From assembly GCF_000011465.1 (NCBI RefSeq), contig NC_005072.1, positions 1,200,001 to 1,232,000 on the forward strand: a DNA stretch of 32,000 nt, given 5' to 3'. Of the stretch, positions 7,273-14,874 are shown in pieces; positions within the stretch are counted from its first letter, which is position 1; each line of letters starts with the position of its first letter. The notes beneath the pieces were generated by a model. It saw nothing but the letters and a program-made list of their open reading frames with translations, was not told the DNA's origin and ran no database searches. This DNA comes from Prochlorococcus marinus subsp. pastoris str. CCMP1986 (GTDB taxonomy: Bacteria > Cyanobacteriota > Cyanobacteriia > PCC-6307 > Cyanobiaceae). The position numbers were made by a program, and so were the translations under genes.

Positions 7273-8536
7273 TCATTTTTGTATTTAAAATTTTTGAAAT
7301 TGTCATTGATGATATCAAAATATAAGGCGTTATAAACATATAATAATATCGACTCATTGCTACTCCAATTAAGCTTGGAGAAATAGAGATTATACTTGCT
7401 AATAGGCAAATCCATAATCCAGTATTAATTATTTTTCTTCTGAAAATAAAAATTCCTAGAATAGATATATAAGTAATAGGAGCTAACAAAGTTGTCCCCA
7501 CCGAAACCCTCATTAAAAAGGATAATAGAGGAGTTGTTTCTGAATTATGAGTATCTCTTATATCAATTATTCCAGTTAAAAAATCGTTCATCTTCCATAA
7601 AACTTGATATAAAAATCCTTCTAGATTTTTTAATATTTCAGAACTTTGAAGCAAAATTTGAATTTTATTTCGCATTAATTCACGATCAAATCCCATGAAT
7701 GTTCCTTTTTCAATTGAAAATGCATTTAAAGCTGCAATTGAATAATTTCTTGTTTCCCAAAGTTGATTAAAACTAACCACTAAGGAAATAATAAAAATAA
7801 ATATAAAAAATGAAGATAATTTCTTATCCTTTTTATATTTTAAAATATTTAAGATTTCTAAACAGGCCATTATTAAAGAAACAATAATACAAAAAATTAT
7901 TGAACTTGGTCTTAGAAGTGACATATAAATCAAGACTAGAAAGAGAAATATTTTTTCTAAAGTTTTATTATTATTCAAATAATTTTCAGATTTGCAATTG
8001 AAAATTTTTAAAATTAAATAAGTGCAAATACTCGTACCAAACATAATATAAATAGTTATGCCTCCAGATAAAGCATAAAAATACGAATATGGAGAAAAAG
8101 TAAAAAAAATCATTGAAATTATTCCAGTTCTTTCATCAAAAAGCAACCGCCCAGATGCATACGTAAATCGAATAGTTAAAAATGTCAATATTGAGGAAAT
8201 AGAAATGGTTATTAAATTCCATAACATTGATGTAGAGCTTTGTTTAAATAATTTTATGGATATAAAACTTATCCCTTTTAGTATATTTGGATATAATGGA
8301 CCACCTTTGAAGGGTTCATAACCACTAAATGTAAAATCAGTATCAACGGCAAATGGATCAGAATCTAAAATATAAAAACCACGATCCCCAATTTCTAAGG
8401 GTACAGCTTTAATACCTATTTCTCCATTGCCAGCTTGTATTGGTTTAAAAAAACTTATAAATATAGTAACAATAAGAAAAATCAAAAAAATGAATTCGAT
8501 AATTTTTGCTTTTCTTGAAGTTAATTTGATACTCAT
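7244..8536 (-). CDS. Polytopic membrane protein, putative GT-C-type (ArnT/PMT-like) glycosyltransferase
   Basis: A 430-aa ORF with about 10 or more hydrophobic helices. The first extracytoplasmic loop is acidic (ILDSDPFAVDTDF). It overlaps the GT2 gene translationally. The fold assignment is inference only. Confidence 0.45.
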   Translation of the reverse strand: MSIKLTSRKAKIIEFIFLIFLIVTIFISFFKPIQAGNGEIGIKAVPLEIGDRGFYILDSDPFAVDTDFTFSGYEPFKGGPLYPNILKGISFISIKLFKQSSTSMLWNLITISISSILTFLTIRFTYASGRLLFDERTGIISMIFFTFSPYSYFYALSGGITIYIMFGTSICTYLILKIFNCKSENYLNNNKTLEKIFLFLVLIYMSLLRPSSIIFCIIVSLIMACLEILNILKYKKDKKLSSFFIFIFIISLVVSFNQLWETRNYSIAALNAFSIEKGTFMGFDRELMRNKIQILLQSSEILKNLEGFLYQVLWKMNDFLTGIIDIRDTHNSETTPLLSFLMRVSVGTTLLAPITYISILGIFIFRRKIINTGLWICLLASIISISPSLIGVAMSRYYYMFITPYILISSMTISKILNTKMIEDFYYNEK

Positions 8537-8564
8537 TATTGATTTGATTAATTAAACATTCTTA

Positions 8565-8637
8565 TGGAGCCAAGCGGACTCGAACCGCTGACCCCCTGCA
8601 TGCCATGCAGGTGCTCTACCAGCTGAGCTATGGCCCC
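8565..8637 (-). tRNA. tRNA-Ala(GGC): tRNA-Ala (anticodon GGC)
   Basis: The minus strand folds as GGGGCCA-TA-GCTC-AGCTGGTA-GAGC-A-CCTGC-ATGGCAT-GCAGG-GGGTC-AGCGG-TTCGAGT-CCGCT-TGGCTCC-A. This is a full cloverleaf with a G3:U70 pair. CCA is not encoded. Confidence 0.93.
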
Positions 8638-8772
8638 ACATCTTGAAACAACAGTTATATCAATCAATCTAAAGATCTCGTTCGTAACTGCCTTAATTCC
8701 TATAGTACTTTATAGCGTTTGATTAATGGATTCTGCATCTTAAAATGCACCTAGAGATTTACAAGTTGTAGC

Positions 8773-8916
8773 ATGCTTTCTGGGGCTGAACTAAAGCAAT
8801 TCCGCACCTACTTAAAAAGTCAGGTTGGGCATGGGTGGTCTGTGGAAGGAAGACAAAGTAAAAGAAGATATTTAACTAGAGTTTTTTTAGATATTTATCT
8901 GGCGAGAGAAGTGTAG
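8773..8916 (+). CDS. Possible small ORF (47 aa), or a non-coding transcript in a locally GC-richer patch
   Basis: Manual translation gives MLSGAELKQFRTYLKSQVGHGWSVEGRQSKRRYLTRVFLDIYLAREV then stop. There is no recognisable family. It is noticed only because the local composition is visibly less AT-rich than the surrounding spacer. Confidence 0.2.
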   Translation: MLSGAELKQFRTYLKSQVGHGWSVEGRQSKRRYLTRVFLDIYLAREV

Positions 8917-8960
8917 TTTTTATTGGATATTAATTTTGATGTTGACAATCAAGATCTTAA

Positions 8961-9060
8961 TTTCTTGATATCAGCCTTAAAGACTATTCAAAATCCTTGA
9001 AGTAAAACAATTTCTTGATATCAGCCTTAAAGACTATTCAAAATCCTTGAAGTAAAACAA
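8961..9060. repeat. Perfect 50-bp tandem duplication (2 copies), followed by a decayed partial third copy at 9061 to about 9084
   Basis: The unit TTTCTTGATATCAGCCTTAAAGACTATTCAAAATCCTTGAAGTAAAACAA occurs at 8961-9010 and again, identically, at 9011-9060. The sequence from 9061 (TTTCTTAAATCAGTTAAAAAATCC) shares the ends of the unit with internal deletions. Confidence 0.95.
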
Positions 9061-9113
9061 TTTCTTAAATCAGTTAAAAAATCCATCCTGATAAATATTT
9101 AACAATTAATAGA

Positions 9114-9992
9114 TTATTCCAAGTAGTAAATTATTCTCTCTTCTTTAGATAAATTAAATTTACCATATTTCTCAATATATTTATTTTCAACTTGATTTAT
9201 ATCGATTGGACAAAGTTCTCTATAATTTCTATCTACGGTATCAATCCTTTCTGCTCTATTAAGTAGAACTCCATAAATAAATGCAGGAAATATCAATATA
9301 AGATTAATGGAAGATACAATAAAAGACCAATCAGATTTTCTTAAAATCCTTGCCAGATATTCGAAAAAAGATTTTACGGGGTATGGATGATAAGAGAAGC
9401 TAACTAACATTGAACTAAACTGAGATTTAATAACTTTGAACAGTTTCTTTTTTCTAGTCTTTATTGGAATTCTTGTTCTAAACAATTTATGTTTGATGGA
9501 AAGAAAAGCTCCTTTAGCCGCAAGTTTGTTACACAAAAGTCTATCTTCAGTATAGTAAACATTTGGATATCTATTTTTTAAAAGTAAATCTCTTGGAGCC
9601 ATATGTATTTGGTAGCCACTAAGAATAAAATTTTCAAACTCTAATCTTTTACTCAATTCATGAAATACTCTTATAAATGAATCTATATAAGGCCCCCATT
9701 TATCATCCGCATCTATATGTAGAATGACATATTTTCCTCTTGCTGCCTCAATTGATAAGTTCCTAGTATCACCCAATCTTCTCCTATAGTCTCTTGCAAG
9801 AGGTATGTATCTTAAGTTTTCATATACTTTTGAAAGATTTTTGAGTATTTCTACGGAAGAATCTTTTGAGCCATCATCAATAACGATAACTTCATATCTT
9901 TCATCCAATTGATCAAGAACACTTTTTAAAGATACTTCTAATGTTTCAGCCATATTATAATTACATACACAAACTGAATAAATAGGCTTCAT
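9114..9992 (-). CDS. GT2 family glycosyltransferase
   Basis: YSVCVCNYNMAETLEVSLKSVLDQL...YEVIVIDDGSKDSS, plus HIDADD (DxD). There is one C-terminal hydrophobic segment. Confidence 0.85.
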   Translation of the reverse strand: MKPIYSVCVCNYNMAETLEVSLKSVLDQLDERYEVIVIDDGSKDSSVEILKNLSKVYENLRYIPLARDYRRRLGDTRNLSIEAARGKYVILHIDADDKWGPYIDSFIRVFHELSKRLEFENFILSGYQIHMAPRDLLLKNRYPNVYYTEDRLLCNKLAAKGAFLSIKHKLFRTRIPIKTRKKKLFKVIKSQFSSMLVSFSYHPYPVKSFFEYLARILRKSDWSFIVSSINLILIFPAFIYGVLLNRAERIDTVDRNYRELCPIDINQVENKYIEKYGKFNLSKEERIIYYLE

Positions 9993-10384
9993 ATAAAAAT
10001 TAAAATCACACTAATGTAAGATACTCCCGATTTAACTGCTGGGCAAATGTTAAAAAAATTCATATCTATAACTAAATCATCATTTTCTCCCAAAACTACT
10101 AAAAAGAGTTTGGCAGATATTAAAAACCTTTTTTGCAATATTTAAATCAAAAGGTGAAATTTCATTATTCATTAACTGTCAAGAAATTTAGACAATTTTA
10201 TAAAGCTAGAAAAGCCTTAGATTAATATTTAGAAAATAATGATCTCAAAGACTGGTCTTAAATGCGAAAGATAGACTATATAGTTAGAGGTTTAGAAAAA
10301 AAATATATTTATTTTTAACAAAAATTTTAATTTATAAAGGATGGTAAAGTTTCAAATAAATAAACATAAATTTTAGACAAATTT

Positions 10385-11374
10385 TCAATCCTTATATTCA
10401 TATGTCCATGATTTATTTGACAAATTCTCTATATTTTCAGATATCCATATATTAATAATATTGAGTCCCTCATCAAGAGATACTTCAGGTTCCCAATTTA
10501 AAACATTTTTAGATTTTTTTATATCAAGTCTGTAATATCTATCTTTCCCAGGCCTTTCTGGACCAAACTTTAAAATTCTAGATTTATCGACATTAGTTAA
10601 ATTACAAATCTTATTTACTAATGACATTATAGATATCTCTTCATTAGAACTAAAATTAAATTCTTGTCCAATTCCATCAAATTTGATCATACTGTCAATG
10701 GCGCTAACAATATCCTTTGAAAATATAAAAGATCTTCTAGATTCTCCTTTGCCATCCAAAATAAAATTCCTTTCACTTCTACAAGACAAAAATAGTCTTG
10801 GAATAATTCTATAAAGTTGTTGACCAACTCCATAAAAATTTGCAAACCTACCAATTAAATATGGAAAGTTATATTGCTTGTAAAGACATCTCAAATTAAA
10901 ATCTATTGCAGCATGCGAAACTGCATATGGAGTTGAGGGGTTAAAACATTCATCTTCTTTAAGAAAATTTTCATTACTTCCGAAAACTTCAGGAGTTCCT
11001 ATTCTTATATATTTTTGTAAAAAGGAAGAATCTATTAATGCATTCATCAATCTTGACTTGATTGCAATATTTGTTGTGTACCAAACTTCAGGTTTTAACC
11101 AACTTGGAGCAACCATCCCTTGTCCCATAAAATCAATAATGAAGTTTGGTTTTAATCTATTAATATGACTTATCATTTCCTCAACATCATTAGTTAGGTT
11201 ATATTCAAACCATCTATTCCCCAGATCATTTTTATATTTTTTTATCCATGGCCACTGATAATGATCCTTAACTCTACTTCTATTAAAACCATAAACATCA
11301 TAATTTCGTTCTAAATATTCTGAGAAAATGAGTTGTCCTGCAAAAGAACCTGATCCAAGAATAAGATATTTCAT
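10385..11374 (-). CDS. Extended SDR (NAD-dependent epimerase/dehydratase family) with an atypical Y-x-x-x-H active-site motif
   Basis: N-terminal Rossmann-like LILGSGSFAGQ, catalytic-position Thr in IGTPEVFGS, and PYAVSHAA where YxxxK is expected. Overall length and layout match sugar-nucleotide dehydratases/epimerases. Confidence 0.75.
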   Translation of the reverse strand: MKYLILGSGSFAGQLIFSEYLERNYDVYGFNRSRVKDHYQWPWIKKYKNDLGNRWFEYNLTNDVEEMISHINRLKPNFIIDFMGQGMVAPSWLKPEVWYTTNIAIKSRLMNALIDSSFLQKYIRIGTPEVFGSNENFLKEDECFNPSTPYAVSHAAIDFNLRCLYKQYNFPYLIGRFANFYGVGQQLYRIIPRLFLSCRSERNFILDGKGESRRSFIFSKDIVSAIDSMIKFDGIGQEFNFSSNEEISIMSLVNKICNLTNVDKSRILKFGPERPGKDRYYRLDIKKSKNVLNWEPEVSLDEGLNIINIWISENIENLSNKSWTYEYKD

Positions 11375-11577
11375 ATATAGTTTTAATAATTTATATATTA
11401 TTGCACTTTAAGAAGGCAAGTTAAATTTAAAAAAAATTTCAATTGATAAAAATAATCTTATCTTTCTAATTTCTTTCTATTTAAAAGCTTAATTAATAAA
11501 AACAGATCATCTACAAAGCAATATATTAAACACAATAGAATTAAGTTACTATATTAATTTAAAGTAAAAAAAAATTA

Positions 11578-12726
11578 ATGAAGAATTTTTATCCTCAACA
11601 ATATCAAACAGATTCAGAATTTAATATTAACCACAACTATTTAAAGGAACAATTTTCAGACTATAAAGAAATTTTTAATGAAATTGAGAAAGTTGTTAGA
11701 GACGGAGATTTCACTTTAGGTCAATCTGTTAACGACGTAGAAGAACTCATAGCTAAAGAAGCTTCGACAAAATATGCTATAGGTGTAGGAAGTGGAACTG
11801 ATGCTATTTTTTTAAGTCTTAAAGCATTAGGTATCGGGCCTGGTGATGAAGTAATTACAACAACTTACACTTTTTATGCCACTATTGGTGCGATAGTTAC
11901 AGCTGGAGCAAGACCTGTTTTCTGCGATATTAAAGACGACTTTAATATAAATACAGAAGAGATAGTTTCCAAAATTAATTCAAAAACGAAAGCAATTATT
12001 CCTGTTCACTGGGCAGGCAGATCTTGTGAAATGGAAAAAATAAATAAAATTGCTTTTGATAATAACTTATATGTTATTGAAGATGCTTGTCATGCCATTC
12101 AAGGTGAATATAAATCTAAGAGATGCGGTTCTTTAGGGGACTTGGGATGTTTCAGTTTTCATCCTCTTAAAAATCTCAATGTATGGGGAGATGGAGGAAT
12201 AATAACCACCTCAAATGAAGATCTTGCTAATAAATTAAAACTAATTAGAAACCATGGTCTTATAAATAGAAATACATGTGTAGAGTTTGCTTACAACTCT
12301 CGCCTCGATTCTATTCAGGCTGTCATTGCTCGTTATTTAATAAAAAATAAACTTCAAAATATAACACATACAAGAATCACGAATGCTCATCTTCTAGATC
12401 AAATGCTAAAAGATATACCACAGGTAAATCACCCTAAAAGATTTTCAGAATTAAAAGAAGTTTTCCATCTATATGTATTTAAAGTAGAAAATAGGGATGG
12501 GCTTTATCAATATTTAAGAGAAAATGGTATAGATGCAAAAATTCATTATCCAGTACCTATGCATTTACAGCCTGCTGCTAAAACCTTTGGTTATAAAATT
12601 GGGGATTTCCCTATAGCAGAAATTGCAGCAAATCAAACAATCTCTTTGCCAGTTCACGAATTCATAAGTTTCGAGCAGATTGAAAAAATGTCTACTATCA
12701 TCCATAAGTATTACTCCAGTATTTAA
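11578..12726 (+). CDS. DegT/DnrJ/EryC1/StrS-family PLP-dependent sugar aminotransferase (copy 1)
   Basis: GSGTDAI, DACHA, and SFHPLKNLNVWGDGG (PLP-lysine motif), with RNHGL...YNSRLD..QA downstream. Confidence 0.88.
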   Translation: MKNFYPQQYQTDSEFNINHNYLKEQFSDYKEIFNEIEKVVRDGDFTLGQSVNDVEELIAKEASTKYAIGVGSGTDAIFLSLKALGIGPGDEVITTTYTFYATIGAIVTAGARPVFCDIKDDFNINTEEIVSKINSKTKAIIPVHWAGRSCEMEKINKIAFDNNLYVIEDACHAIQGEYKSKRCGSLGDLGCFSFHPLKNLNVWGDGGIITTSNEDLANKLKLIRNHGLINRNTCVEFAYNSRLDSIQAVIARYLIKNKLQNITHTRITNAHLLDQMLKDIPQVNHPKRFSELKEVFHLYVFKVENRDGLYQYLRENGIDAKIHYPVPMHLQPAAKTFGYKIGDFPIAEIAANQTISLPVHEFISFEQIEKMSTIIHKYYSSI

Positions 12727-12736
12727 AGATAATAAT

Positions 12737-13846
12737 ATGAATATTCCTTTCGTTAATTTATCTAGAGAAGCAGATTATTTTCTTCCATTACTTCTTCAAA
12801 AAACTGAAAAAGTTCTAAAATCCGGAATCTATATAAATGGACCAAATGTCAAAGAATTAGAAAAGAAAGTCGCAATTTATCTAAATGTAAAATATGTTGT
12901 TTCTGTTGGTAATGGATCAGATGCACTTACTTTTATATTGAGGTCTCTAAACTTAAGCTCTAGTGATGAAATTATTTGCCCTGCCAATTCTTTTATTGCA
13001 ACTGCATGGTCAATTATTGCATCAGGAGCAAAACCAGTTTTTTGTGATGTTGATAAAAACTTTCTTCTAGATATTGATGATTTCAAAAAGAAAGTCAACA
13101 ATAATACAAGAGCAGTAATTCCAGTACACTTAACTGGCAAAGTTTTCCCTACTGAGCAAATTTTAGATTTTTGTTCTGCCAAAAGTATTAAGATAATTGA
13201 AGATGCCGCCCAGTCATTTGGGGCTGGTAAAAATAACGAATATAAAACCGGAGCTATAAGTGATGCAGCGGCTTTTAGTTTGCATCCTCTCAAAAATTTC
13301 GCTATCTATGGGGACGGAGGATTAATTTCAACAAATGATCCAGAAATAGCTGATAATTGCAACCTGCTGAGAAATCATGGGTTAAAAAATAGAGACGAAG
13401 CGAAAATCTGGGGATATAACTCTAGGCTTGATGAGTTACAAGCAGCTTATGCTTTAACAAAATTGGCAGAGATAGATAATTTAAACAATAGATATATCGA
13501 GATCGCAAAAAGATACGATAATGGGATCTCTCCAATTGCAAAAAAACCAGAATTAAGAAAAGAATATAAGGACGTTTTTCATAATTATGTTATTCTCGTT
13601 CCAGAAATAAGAAGAAACTCTATAATGAGTAATCTTTATCAAAAAGGGATCGAGACAAAAATTCATTACCCCATTCCTTTACACTTACAGGAATGTTCCA
13701 AAAATTTAAATTATAAAATTGGTGATATACCAAGATGTGAACAATACGCAAACTCAATGATAAGTCTTCCAATATATCCAACACTTTCTAACGAAGAAGT
13801 TGATTATATAATTGATACTCTTAATAATGAATTAATGTCAATTTGA
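12737..13846 (+). CDS. DegT/DnrJ/EryC1/StrS-family PLP-dependent sugar aminotransferase (copy 2)
   Basis: GNGSDAL, DAAQS, SLHPLKNFAIYGDGG, RNHGL...YNSRLD..QA. I place the start at ATG 12737 (MNIPFVNL...). The track start at 12680 would overlap copy 1 by 47 nt. Confidence 0.85.
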   Translation: MNIPFVNLSREADYFLPLLLQKTEKVLKSGIYINGPNVKELEKKVAIYLNVKYVVSVGNGSDALTFILRSLNLSSSDEIICPANSFIATAWSIIASGAKPVFCDVDKNFLLDIDDFKKKVNNNTRAVIPVHLTGKVFPTEQILDFCSAKSIKIIEDAAQSFGAGKNNEYKTGAISDAAAFSLHPLKNFAIYGDGGLISTNDPEIADNCNLLRNHGLKNRDEAKIWGYNSRLDELQAAYALTKLAEIDNLNNRYIEIAKRYDNGISPIAKKPELRKEYKDVFHNYVILVPEIRRNSIMSNLYQKGIETKIHYPIPLHLQECSKNLNYKIGDIPRCEQYANSMISLPIYPTLSNEEVDYIIDTLNNELMSI

Positions 13847-13938
13847 TAAATAGAAATATGTTTAATCTAGTAAATAGTTTTATAAAATTTATTAAATATA
13901 AAACTTAATTTTTAAATATTATTTTATAGGAAAATATT

Positions 13939-14874
13939 TTGCGTAATCTTATTACTGGTGGAGCAGGTTTTTTAGGTTCCCATTTAGTTGATTATTTAAT
14001 GAATAAGGGAGAAGATGTCATTTGCCTAGACAACTTTTCCACTGGTTCAAAAGATAATATCGCACTTTGGATTGGGAATAATCGATTTAAGCTAATAAAT
14101 CAAAATATTATTTATCCTTTTTTCTGTGAAGCAGATAGGATATGGCATCTAGCTTGTCCAGCATCTCCTCTAAATTATCTAAACAAACCTATAGAGACTT
14201 TAAACACAATTTTTTTGGGAACTGATAACATTTTGAAACTTTCAAAAAAAATTAATGCAAGAATTCTAATAGCCAGCACAAGTGAAATATATGGTAATCC
14301 AAAAATTTCTCCTCAGAAAGAAACCTATAATGGATCAGTAAATCCAATAAGTAAAAGAAGTTGTTACGTAGAGGGTAAAAGAGTAGCAGAAACTTTATCT
14401 TTTGAATTTAAAAGGATTCACAACATTGATCTTAGACTGGTAAGGATTTTCAATACATATGGCCCAAGAATGATGAAGAATGATGGTAGAGTAGTAAGTA
14501 ATTTTATTTATCAAGGACTCAATAATAAACCTTTGACTATTTATGGTAATGGTTTGCAAACAAGATCTTTTTGTTATGTAGATGACATGATTGCAGGACT
14601 TTCTAGAGCTATGAATTCTAATTATTCTCATCCTATAAATTTAGGTAACCCTGAAGAAATAACCATTAAAAATCTCGCACAGAAAATTTCTCTGAATTTA
14701 AATAAGAAGCTAAACTTACAATATCTTAAACTGCCAGAAGATGACCCTATCCAAAGAAAACCTTGTATTGAAGTTGCTATTCAAGAATTGAAATGGCAGC
14801 CTAAAATATCTTTGAATAATGGTCTAGACAAAACCATCCATTATTTTGTTGAACGCTTTAAAAATGAAAGATAG
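13939..14874 (+). CDS. UDP-glucuronate decarboxylase (UDP-xylose synthase-like) extended SDR
   Basis: LITGGAGFLGSHL, STSEIYG, YVEGKRVAE (YxxxK), RIFNTYGPRM; the length and motifs are typical of UXS/ArnA-C-like decarboxylases. A TTG start is forced, because an in-frame stop lies at 13927-13929 and the Rossmann motif begins 6 codons after 13939. Confidence 0.8.
   Translation: MRNLITGGAGFLGSHLVDYLMNKGEDVICLDNFSTGSKDNIALWIGNNRFKLINQNIIYPFFCEADRIWHLACPASPLNYLNKPIETLNTIFLGTDNILKLSKKINARILIASTSEIYGNPKISPQKETYNGSVNPISKRSCYVEGKRVAETLSFEFKRIHNIDLRLVRIFNTYGPRMMKNDGRVVSNFIYQGLNNKPLTIYGNGLQTRSFCYVDDMIAGLSRAMNSNYSHPINLGNPEEITIKNLAQKISLNLNKKLNLQYLKLPEDDPIQRKPCIEVAIQELKWQPKISLNNGLDKTIHYFVERFKNER

Noticed and set aside
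8961-9060. Tandem 50-bp repeats considered as a CRISPR array
   Set aside because: The copies abut directly with no spacers. There are only two perfect units plus a decayed fragment. No cas genes are present anywhere in the window.
12680-12736. Longer start calls for the second DegT gene (12680) and for ugd (14846)
   Set aside because: The extra N-terminal residues overlap the preceding genes and have no counterpart in the family N-termini. The downstream ATGs at 12737 and 14864 give canonical N-termini (MNIPFVNL..., and MKDSEVKNICCIGAGYVGG with the Rossmann motif in the expected position).
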